This document shows, piece after piece, positions 1 through 10,572 of a DNA stretch of 64,000 nt. Both the position numbers and the translations under genes were made by a program. The DNA comes from Neoechinorhynchus agilis (lineage: Eukaryota > Animalia > Acanthocephala). The stretch covers positions 6,728,389 to 6,792,388 of the forward strand of contig CM121343.1 in assembly GCA_051530055.1 (NCBI GenBank), given 5' to 3'. The notes beneath the pieces are model-generated. The model saw only the letters and a list, made by a program, of their open reading frames with translations. It did not search any database and was not told the DNA's origin. The first letter of the stretch is position 1, and every line of letters begins with the position of its first letter.

Positions 1-824
1 CAAGTCAAATTCGTTGTCGATAAAGTCAATTTTCACATGTTTGACGTCGGTGGACAACGATATGAGCGACGAAGATGGTGCCAATGCTTTCACGGAATCA
101 CTGCTATATTATTCGTGAGTGCAATGAGCGACTATAATTTAAGTTTAGCGGAAGATAACAAACAAAATAGACTAAGAGAGTCTTTGAAATTATTCGATGA
201 GGTTTGGAAGAATAGGTTTCTTCAAGGAGTCTCAGTGATCTTATTCTTGAACAAACAAGACGTACTTGATGAAAAAATCAGTTCAGGAAATGCACCACTT
301 GAAGAATACTTCCCCGAATATTCCCACTATATTGCAGGGGTTCTCTTGTGAGGTTAAAAATGGAGAGTCTCTACTTTAAATCAAGGCCCGGTGCAAAAGA
401 CCGCTTTGATAATGACACTGCCGAAACAATAAGAGCCAAATTATTCATCAGGGAGATGTTTTTGGCAGCGAAATTTCAACCGCCAGGTATTGCTCCAAGC
501 GGAACAAGTGGAAGTTGTGATCAACATCGCAGTTCCGGGCATCTGAGTACAGGAGGACCGAATACTGAACGTAGAAGATCCAGACAATGTTCGACACCCA
601 CCGATACAAATCACAATTCACGAAAACGTGTATCCCAAATCACAATACCGGGGGCAGGGAGTTCTCATGCTCATGTAAGACCATCCATTTCATCCACCAA
701 TCCAATAAGGCAATGTTATGCTCATTTCACATGTGCAGTCGATACGCAGAATATCCAAAGGATATTTAACGACGTCAAAAATACTATCCAGATAATAAAT
801 CTTAAGAACTATGAACTCATTTGA
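1..824 (+). CDS. GNAS: G protein alpha subunit, Gs class (5'-truncated by window edge); one short intron/insert near 331-385
   Basis: Frame 1 reads [14 protein letters not shown]...FLNKQD (G3/G4 boxes); the 348-824 frame reads [11 protein letters not shown]...[17 protein letters not shown]...YELI, matching Gs-alpha motifs. The frames join either by a GT-AG intron 348-385 or by removal of 331-377. Confidence 0.9.
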
Positions 825-2193
825 TCGAGGACACCAATCGCCATCGATGCAAATAGATGAGCGCTGCAAGATCCTTGGTTACATGAGAAAGTGTGCTCGT
901 GAGTGAATGTGAGTGGGCTTGTGTATAAGAATCGTTTTCGAGTGCGACTGTAACCGACGGAGTTTGTTTTTCAATTGGAATCGGCGTGAAAGGAATTTTT
1001 TTCATGATAATCAAATACACTTTGAAAACCGGAAAGCAATTGTGTAATAAGGTCTTTGAATAATTTATAAAATAGAAATATTGTACATTGAATTGGAAAT
1101 AGAAGCATACAGGGCATGGGCAATCGCCGATAATCGTTCAGTGGGCCGTAAGGCCTAAAAAATTACTTAAGCGGTTCAAATCTTCATTCAAGTCAAAGGA
1201 GCAGACTAATAAAAAATATCGAGAGATTGTGTTGTAGTAGTTTAGTTGAATCAATCATCCTTGTTAAACGGCTAAAAACCTCGTTCTTAGAAATAGCGCT
1301 GGAAATGAGTTGTCGTTTGAACATTCAACTAAATTGTTCTACTCATATTAATCCTGCGCTTTGAAGGTTACATTTTAATCGCTTCCTTCAAGTTATCCTT
1401 TTATAAAGATTAAGTTTCGCAATTACTCGTAGTGGTTCGCCGTTTCATGGAGTAATACGTCTTGAATCGGTTCGTTTGAATGTTTAAATTAGATTCATTC
1501 GTCAATATCGCTTGAGCTGATCAACGCTAATACCACCAATATTGTAATTACTTATACATTGAATGGTATTTGTATCAATATTCTCTTGGAACTAAGCTCT
1601 AAGCTTCTTGGACATTGTAAGTGATGCTCTAGAAAACAAACAAAACAGGTTTGGTTGAACAAGATAGCAACTTAAAAAAACTCAAAATGCCATAAAAATC
1701 ACTTTTGTTGCAACAGTTGATCATAAATTCATTAAAACTGCTCAAACTCAACATCCAATTTTTATAGAATATCTTTTGCAAGAATATCCCGAAATCTTTT
1801 TATATCTTAACAATAAAATTATTATTCAAAAACAACGTAAAACTATAAATTTTCCAACCAAGCAGATTGACTCGGTAATTGGTGAGGTCGGACCAAGCAC
1901 CGCATGATTTTTAACCAAGGTTGGAAAATGGTTGATCGCAACAACACTTAATGCAGCCAACTATTTTTATCTTAGAATCAGCGATTCAAGTAGGGAATGC
2001 TGATGCATTCTCGAGCAATAAAGATGTTTAAACGTTTCCATCGGAACTTTGAACTTTTGGGTATTAATTTTTTTTAAATGTTAGATAAAAATTGCCCAAG
2101 TCTACAATGAAGTGTCAGTGAGTTGGGTCTTTAATAGTGTTTGAAGATTGAATCGTTGGTGATTGTTTATGGCGTAAAAATAAAAAGAATTTA

Positions 2194-2240
2194 TTAAATC
2201 CGATATTTCGGCACACAACCTTGGGCCTTTATCAAGGTTG
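2194..2240 (-). ncRNA. Hammerhead-ribozyme-like motif (U3-A8 core variant), dispersed repeat
   Basis: Minus strand: aacc-TTGATAA-a-GGC-ccaaggttgtgt-GCC-GAAA-TATC-ggattt; core, helix II and palindromic ATAT helix III as in minimal Penelope-associated hammerheads; helix I short. Confidence 0.5.
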
Positions 2241-2593
2241 GTTAAGTGGTCTACTCGAGTGTGATTTTTTGAAATATCCAGGATGAATGAAGATTACATT
2301 TAAGTCGGTGTTACTGCAAAATGGAGCAGTAATAACAAATAAGTTCGGACTTTACATAGAACAATTTTTAATGATTTAAGCTAATGAATGATAACTAGTA
2401 AGCGCAGATTTTAAGACATCGACAATTCCAATAGCAATATCATAAGAGCGAACGGGTTTGAAATTGAAAATAAAATTATAATCACACGTTTAATTTTGTT
2501 AAAGAAGAGGAACTATGTACTTCTGAGTCCGTGAACACCTGAACTAATGAACACTCGAGCACTGATAGGACAAATGAATGTGATTGTCTACTT

Positions 2594-4807
2594 TGGAGTG
2601 GACGACGGATCCGAAGAGATGGATGACGGATCCGAAGTGGTGGATGACGGAGTCGGAATTTGGAGTGGATGACGGATCCGGAAATTGCAGTGGATGAAGG
2701 ATGAAGGGAGAAGATGAAGGAAAGATCCGGAATTTAGAGTGGATGACGGGGTCGGAATTTGGAGTGGATGACGGATCCGAAGAGGTGGATGACGGATCCG
2801 AAGTGGTGGATGACGGATTCGGAAATTGGAGTGGATGAAAGAAGAAGATGAAGGAAGGATCCGGAATTTAGAGTGGATGACGGAGTCGGAATTTGGAGTG
2901 GATGACGGATCCGAAGAGTGGATGACGGATCCGAAGTGGTGGATGACGGATCGGAAAAGTGGATGAAAGAAGAAGATGAAGGAAGGATCCGGAATTTAGA
3001 GTGGATGACGGAGTTTGAGTGGATGACGGATCCGGAAATTGGAGTGGATGACGGAGTCGGAATTTGGAGTGGATGAAGGATGAAGGGAGAAGATGAAGGA
3101 AAGATCCGGAATTTAGAGTGGATGACGGGGTCGGAATTTGGAGTGGATGACGGGGTCGGAATTTGGAGTGGATGAAGGATGAAGGGAGAAGATGAAGGAA
3201 AGATCCGGAATTTAGAGTGGATGACGGGGTCGGAATTTGGAGTGGATGACGGGGTCGGAATTTGGAGTGGATGAAGGATGAAGAGAAGATGAAGGAAAGA
3301 TCCGGAATTTAGAGTGGATGACGGGGTCGGAATTTGGAGTGGATGACGGATCCGAAGAGGTGGATGACGGATTCGGAAATTGGAGTGGATGAAAGAAGAA
3401 GATGAAGGAAGGATCCGGAATTTAGAGTGGATGACGGAGTCGGAATTTGGAGTGGATGACGGATCCGGAAATTGGAGTGGATGAAGGATGAAGGAAGAAG
3501 ATGAAGGAAAGATCCGGAATTTAGAGTGGATGACGGGGTCGGAATTTGGAGTGGATGACGGATCCGGAAATTGGAGTGGATGAAGGATGAAGGAAGAAGA
3601 TGAAGGAAAGATCCGGAATTTAGAGTGGATGACGGGGTCGGAATTTGGAGTGGATGACGGGGTCGGAATTTGGAGTGGATGACGGATGAAGGGAGAAGAT
3701 GAAGAAAGATCCGGAATTTAGAGTGGATGACGGGGTCGGAATTTGAGTGGATGACGGATCCGAAGAGGTGGATGACGGATCCGGAAATTGGAGTGGATGA
3801 AAGAAGAAGATGAAGGAAGGATCCGGAATTTAGAGTGGATGACGGAGTCGGAATTTGGAGTGGATGACGGATCCGGAAATTGGAGTGGATGAAGGATGAA
3901 GGAAGAAGATGAAGGAAAGATCCGGAATTTAGAGTGGATGACGGGGTCAGAATTTGAAGTGGATGACGGGGTCGGAATTTGATTGGATGACGGAATCGGA
4001 ATTTGGAGTGGATGACGGATCCGAAGTGGTGGATGACGGATCCGAAGTGGTGGATGACGGATCCGAAGAGGTGGATGACGGATCCGAAGTGGTGGATGAC
4101 GGATTCGGAAATTGGAGTGGATGAAGGAAGAAGATGAAGGAAGGATCCGGAATTTAGAGTGGATGACGGAGTCAGAATTTGGAGTGGATGACGGATCCGA
4201 GGAGGTGGATGACGGATCCGAAGTGGTGGATGACGGATCCGAAGTGGTGGATGACGGATCCGGAAATTGGAGTGGATGAAAGAAGAAGATGAAGGAAGGA
4301 TCCGGAATTTAGAGTGGATGACGGAGTCAGAATTTGGAGTGGATGACGGATGAAAGAAAAGATGAAGGGGGATCCGGAATTTAGAGTGGATGACGGAGTC
4401 AGAATTTGGAGTGGATGACGGATCCGAGGAGGTGGATGACGGATCCGAAGTGGTGGATGACGGATCCGGAAATTGGAGTGGATGAAAGAAGATGAAGGAA
4501 GGATCCGGAATTTAGAGTGGATGACGGAGTCAGAATTTGGAGTGGATGACGGATCCGAAGAGGTGGATGACGGATCCGAAGTGGTGGATGACGGATCCGA
4601 AGTGGTGGATGACGGATCCGGAAATTGGAGTGGATGAAAGAAGAAGATGAAGGAAGGATCCGGAATTTAGAGTGGATGACGGGGTCGGAATTTGGAGTGG
4701 ATGACGGAGTCAGAATTTGGAGTGGATGACGGATGAAAGAAAAAGATGAAGGGGGGATCCGGAATTTAGAGTGGATGACGGAGTCGGAATTTGGAGTGGA
4801 TGACGGT
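2594..4807. repeat. Purine-rich composite minisatellite (21-26 nt subunits around GTGGATGACGG plus GAA-rich subunits)
   Basis: Recurrent ggtggatgacggatccgaagt, ggagtggatgacggagtcggaattt and gatgaaggaaggatccggaatttaga units over 2.2 kb. Confidence 0.97.
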
Positions 4808-4828
4808 CGACGACGACGAGAGAGAGGT

Positions 4829-5402
4829 GAGTTTTGCCACCCTGGATTTAAGTTCACTAATTTATTACCGCTAATGTGTGGCTAGCGTAGAGCCATCTTT
4901 ACGGAATCGGTTAGCGCCCCTGCAAACAATAAGCACCAATTCCCACAAGAACGGACTCTGCAACCCGACCGGATATTCTCAAAAGAACGGACTCGAAACG
5001 CCAAAATCAATAGCCAGATTTATTTATTAAATCAGAACTCGAGTTTTTATGAGGACCCAAAGGTACATGGGTCTTTTTCCTCTTTGTGCAGCAATAAAAC
5101 GTATTTGTGTGTAAAGCCATCGAAATAGGCTGTTCAGTCCAACGAATGGAAGGTGATAAAGCCAGTTTAAAATTGCCATTGAAAAGGCAGTGGTGTTCTA
5201 GCTTAGAGAGGATTCCAGTGAACAATGAGTCCAGGAACGGGGGTCTGATGAACATTTTGCCCGGTGATAACCAGTGTCCGTAGGATAACGCTAATGTTCG
5301 TGTTTCAGATGACAAGCCTAGAGGAAATGTCGGAGTTATCCGACAGGTGAAATATCGGAGGGAAATAAATTAGTGAACTGAAATCCGACGGGATGGCAAA
5401 AC
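4829..5402. mobile_element. MITE-like unit with ~40 bp imperfect terminal inverted repeats
   Basis: agttttgccaccctggatttaagttcactaatttatt at 4830 and its reverse complement aataaattagtgaactgaaatccgacgggatggcaaaact ending at 5402; related motif at ~13360-13410, ~22620 and ~62260. Confidence 0.55.
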
Positions 5403-5526
5403 TTCTAAAAGTCTCTTTTCCCCCGAAGATAATAATACAAGACATGAAACTATCTACATGTTTCTCAGGTAGCGATTTTAAGTGCCGTTGAAGAAGGATA
5501 TCGTATTGGATTAAGTTGTATAAGGA

Positions 5527-7145
5527 ATGAGAGCATTTCGATCATTAAGCGAGAACGTAATTTGTGATTTAGTTCACCTTGATAGTCACGATATTAATGG
5601 CGACATGGATGCCAAATTACCAGGAAAACGAAGTTTACATCGATCAAATTCTGTAAATAATCCACTTGGGCGTCACGAACATTTCGATGGCGATGATGTG
5701 CGGTATCGAAAACCGCAAATGAAATCGTGTTTAAAACGTTTTTTAAAGTGGCGATTGGTGCCATGAGCGAAATGAGTACGGCTGAACATCGAATAGAATT
5801 TGAGATAGTGTCCAGGCTGAGTTCAGCAAGTGAGTTTGACGTGGAGCAGTTGGCAACCTTAATTCACAATACAATGAGAATTCCCATCGAGATCACGAAA
5901 GCGTTCATTTTGGCATATAGTGTTCAAGAGGAAAAGCCAAATCTCGACCCATCAACTCTTGCGGATCTTCTTTCATCATCTGTTACATTCGATCAATTCA
6001 AGGCCATCATGAACAAGCGGTGTTCAACATGTCTCTCACTATTTAGTGCCTTCGACACGATTTCGATGATCGAATGCGAATGTGTTTTTTGTGTGGAATG
6101 TTTTACCTTGGGATACAAAACTCGGTTGGACAATATCCATCGTATTTCGAGAACTGACTTACAAGATCCAATATTCATACATTGTCTTCTTTGCGATAAG
6201 CCTTATAGTTCTGGCAACAAACTAGAAAGCGTCCACATTCAGCATGTTTTAGACCAGGGAAGGGCAGAAACGGTGGATTTAAAAATTCTGACCTTCTCTT
6301 CTATAAGCAATCTAAGACGCTATTCGCCTGAAATTGCTGAATTATTCAATGAACGCTTAACATTATCTTTACTTTCCTTACAAGCAGATTTCATTCCATG
6401 TCCTGAATGTTCAAATGGATTTATGTTCTACGGAAACCATGATCTTAACAATAACTATGGATTGCCGGTCGAATGCAACGAGTGTGGTGCAAAAGTGTGT
6501 GGGCATTGTCATTTAAAATGGCAAAGTCACCATTATGGTACAACCTGTCAAAATTTTAAAGCATGGCTTAATTTGAACAACATTACTGATAAACGAATAT
6601 CGGAATATTTAAAAAGAAGCGGAATCCAGTGTCCACGATGTAAAGCGATGTACGAACTTTCTAGGGGAGGCTGCATGCACTTTACTTGTTTACTTTGCAG
6701 TTATCAATTCTGCTATGGCTGCTCAGCCCCTTTCCGCAGAGATTGCGACAAAATGTCATGTAAACTCAAGCCAGGCCTTCATGCTCACCATCCTCGAAAT
6801 TGTATGTATTATCTACGGGACATTAATGTTTATCAACTTGAGCAGCAGATCAGTCGCCGGGGACATATTCCCAACAGATCCACTGTTTCTACTTTCTTCA
6901 ATTTCGATCCTTCTCATACCACGGGGATTAAATCTAATAGTCCATATAATCGCTCCAAAAGCATTCCGCGTGACTTTTACTGCTACTATACATGCCCCGT
7001 CAAGATTCAAATCATGAAGAAAAATACATACGTCGATATTAAATGTGGAAAACAATCATTCAAGCACTTGGTATGCCAAGAACACTATAAAGAATATCTG
7101 TGCTTAATGTATCGCTCCCTTCATTTATCAAATAAGTCGGCGTGA
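5527..7145 (+). CDS. RNF31: HOIP/RNF31-like RBR E3 ubiquitin ligase (RING1-IBR-RING2-LDD); start uncertain (ATG 5527 with frame break, or ATG 5763)
   Basis: CSTC...CECVFCVEC RING1, CPEC...CGAKVCGHC...H...C IBR, CPRC...GGCMHFTCLLCSYQFCYGC RING2 with catalytic C/H, then LDD-type GLHAHHPRNCMYYLRD and CQEHYKEYL. Confidence 0.85.
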
Positions 7146-7934
7146 ATATGCCGGTACCAAATAAATCACTACCGATATAAGTGCTTATTTTAAACGGTTT
7201 CCATTATTGCCATCGCTGTGTAATTTAATCACTGAATGCCACAGCACCGTTCCACCAAACAAAAATGGATAAAACAAAGTTTTTCCTATTCAATATACCT
7301 CGAAGATTTTCTACAAAATACGATAATTCATTATTTTAGAACAGACCTGTTAGGGTTTCTAAGAAAATATTTTGAAGAGAATTGATTTAATTTTTTCCAG
7401 TGATTAATATATGGAAATATTTGAGACTTACGATTTAATAGTTCATATTGGTTGTTTTCCGGCGGAAAATTAAAATGAGGTACAGGATTGTGCCGTAATA
7501 TCGGATATTAAAATAAAATCGGAATTGAACCTCCAAGAACTCGATGATGGTCACAAAACGTCTTTAATCGAAATAATCATTTACCGCGGGTATAGGCTTT
7601 TCCCCGATACCTCACATATCGACATTTTTATAAAATCATTTCAATTTCTCCGCCAGAAAACAACCAGTTGTAGGAATAGTGGAATATATTGTTTTCATCT
7701 CATAGTCAATGAAAACATCAAGGTTATTCAAAAAGGTTCAATATCAATTTTAATAGATACTAGACACAATACAAATTTCTTGTTGACGAAGTATGCAATT
7801 AGAGGAAACGCAATTTCCGTCTTTATGGATTTTAAGCTATTAATGTAATAATAAGTCATAAAAAATTTAAATCAAAACGTGTGATTTTTATGGGAAAAGT
7901 GTCTTTTATGACCAAGGAAAAAATATAGTTACAA

Positions 7935-8095
7935 ACGTCCACACCACCGCTCTGCATCACTCTTAGCTGCCGTCTTGGTGTAATGGTCGAAAGGACGTTG
8001 TAAGAGGAATGCTCATGATCGTTTTGAGTCTCCTCGATAATTGCTTAACCACTTCTTACGCCGCGGTACCAAACGACCCGAGTAATTCACATAAA
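7935..8095 (-). mobile_element. CRE-clade non-LTR retrotransposon, 3' end fragment
   Basis: Reverse complement matches the 3' end of the 56400-59975 copy (cctttcgaccattacaccaagacggcagctaagag...gagcggtggtgtg). Confidence 0.75.
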
Positions 8096-8989
8096 GAAAT
8101 GTCGCCGACTCATTTAATCGACAAATTGCCCTATAAAAACAATATATTTGACAGGCATGAATCCTTTTAGTAATTTCCTACGCGACAGAATAATCCTTAA
8201 GTCGGAAACAGTTTTTAATTCAGAGGGAATTTTTCGAGAGTCATCTAATTTAAGCTCTATTTTTACAAATAAAAAATCTTTACCTCAAGAAACCTCATTA
8301 CATTTATCATTGCTATCTAGAATTTTCGATCCTTCAAGAAAAGTCAGTTTTCTAGACGAGTTCATACTTAAAAGCTGTTATCAAATTTTTTCGCCTTCAA
8401 CAAAAAAGCGACAAAGGCAATAAATGCATTGATATAGCTAATGAAATCATCACTCATCTTTCAAAAAGAAGCGTTTCCGGTTAATTAAAGCAATGATACC
8501 TTCTTGTGTTTATTAAATTGTTCTACCTTTGTCGAGAAAATGAAAACCAAAAAAAACCCATTCAGTATTGCGTAATTAAATATAAATGTAAAATACAAAC
8601 CTTTTCGAATTTTTATTTCTAAGGATTTAATTTCCTACGAAATTAACTTAGGTTTCGTATTTCTAAAGGAAACTAAGAATCAAGTTAATTAGTAAAAACA
8701 TGACAAATAGTGACCGAATAAGTTTGTTTCTGACGGAAATCTTTAAGGAATTTATTACATCCGATATTTCGGCACAATCTCTTGCTTGTTTTATAGCGAA
8801 GAAATTAAAATGATTTTATTTTAAATCCGATATTCGGGCGCAATCGTATGCATTTATCAAGGTTGCTTCTAAGTTACACCCAATTCAATTTTAACTGATT
8901 TACGGCCTTCGTAATTTAATTTCCTTGTGCTTGGTTTTTCCGGTCTTTTATTAAAATAACCTTCAGAATCTCGGTGCAGAAATCATTCA

Positions 8990-9425
8990 TACCACCGCCC
9001 CTCTGGATCACTTAGTTGCCGTCCTGGTGTAACGGTCGAAAGGACGGATGCAGCGTGTTTTGTAGGAGGAATGCTCCTGATCTCGAATCACCAGTGATTC
9101 GCCCTCCTGCGCAGTGGTACCAAGCGATCCGAGTGTCTCGACGCCAAATTGAACGAAACAATGATTTCGACTCAGGAGCGGTGGTTGTTGCTCCCCTTCC
9201 CGTTTAATAGTGGCGAATTTTATGTTGCTGGCTGCGAGTGGCGTCCCAGGGAAAGCATTTTCCTCGCCAAGGGAATACTGTGACACCGTCCGGTCTACGG
9301 CGGCCATCGAATCGACAAAGATTGCTCGGCTCTAGGATGTTGGGGGCATTCACAGTATTCAGGGCACGACTAAGAGCATTGCGTTCACATCAGCGTGTCG
9401 TGGGTACCTTTCGCCTGAATGCGAT
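8990..9425 (-). mobile_element. CRE-clade non-LTR fragment (RLE endonuclease region, internally deleted)
   Basis: Minus strand encodes [15 protein letters not shown]...[14 protein letters not shown]...[10 protein letters not shown]...FGVETLGSLG with frameshifts. Confidence 0.85.
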
Positions 9426-9514
9426 TTTTAAATAGTTAGTATTTGCAATCTTTTATTTGAATATCGGCCATCGCCGCTTATTGGGTTCATGTTTGTTTCT
9501 GACTGGAAATTTTA

Positions 9515-9667
9515 ATCATTAAATTTTAGTCTATCCCTTCCTTGTCCGGCTTATTTTTAGGCATAAAGCCAAACCAATTACATCAGAGAAGTGATCTGAT
9601 GTAATTGGTTTGGCTTTATGCCTAAAAATAAGCCGGACAAGAAAGGGATAGATTAAAATTTAATGAT
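9515..9667. repeat. Near-perfect 73 bp inverted repeat with 7 nt loop
   Basis: Arm 9515-9587 is the reverse complement of 9595-9667 except two positions (one G.T, one C/A). Confidence 0.95.
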
Positions 9668-10572
9668 GATAACAATACCGGCTTGCCAGTAAAACTTAAA
9701 AATGGGAGATTTTAAGGAATTTATTAAAAATTTACAAGCAACCTGGATGAACGCGTATAAAGTGGTTGTTTTCTGGCAGAGAAATTAAATGATGATTTTA
9801 TTTTAAATCCGATTTGTTTCGAAGACACAATTTTGTACGCATACGATGGCTGATCTTCAAAAAAAAGGATTGCAAATACTAACTATTCGAAAAAAAGTAG
9901 GCTAAGTTGGATTGGATGCGTGTTTTTCAAATTGTCGATACGAAATGAAAGTTTTTAACCCGGGTGGCTTCAAAAACGGTATTCAACGTTACATGAAAGT
10001 CCCCGATTTTTGTCAATATTATAAGTTCAAAAGCGTTCGATGAGTAAGTGTCGGAGGCGCAGCGTTGATAAGTTGTCAAAAGAAGTTTCAATTTGATGCG
10101 AACCTCAAAGGTGAACATTTCAAAGGCAGACACATTTCGTTCGGAGTTGACTCATCATTCCGGCGGTAGGCATCAAACCCACCCGAGGTTTCTACGCAGC
10201 CAATAAATTCAAAGGGTTAAATGTGTGTGAATTGAAGGTTGTGCACCTCATTCTCGGACTCATCCCCGAAAACCCTTTGCAAAAACAAGAAAGGATTACG
10301 TATGTACGATATCGTCACTGATTGCGATCATCATTGTTTTTCGCGGCATGGTAAAATCGATATACAAAACACGGATCGCTGCCCCGAGCCGACAGCAAGA
10401 ACGTCTTTGTGTGCTTACGTGGCAGCAGCACCAAACGGCGTTCTGCTGCTGCTGCTGCCGCCGCCACACAGCTCCTTATGTGCGGCGGCGGCGGCGGAGG
10501 CGGCGGCGGCGGTGCTGGCGCACTCTTACACACGCGTGTGCGCGCGCGCGACACACCATCCATAAATTAGAG

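Noticed and set aside
2680-4640. GATGA-CGGATCCG-GAAA in the minisatellite as a hammerhead core
   Set aside because: It lacks the CUGA/UUGA start (reads TGGA) and has no loop for helix II.
4399-4857. 152-aa repetitive ORF (RIRHPPL repeats)
   Set aside because: It is a translation of the minisatellite; most subunits are not multiples of three and the frame breaks elsewhere in the array.
9955-10220. piggyBac-like TTAA-CCC...GGG-TTAA element
   Set aside because: The ends are not inverted repeats beyond three bases.
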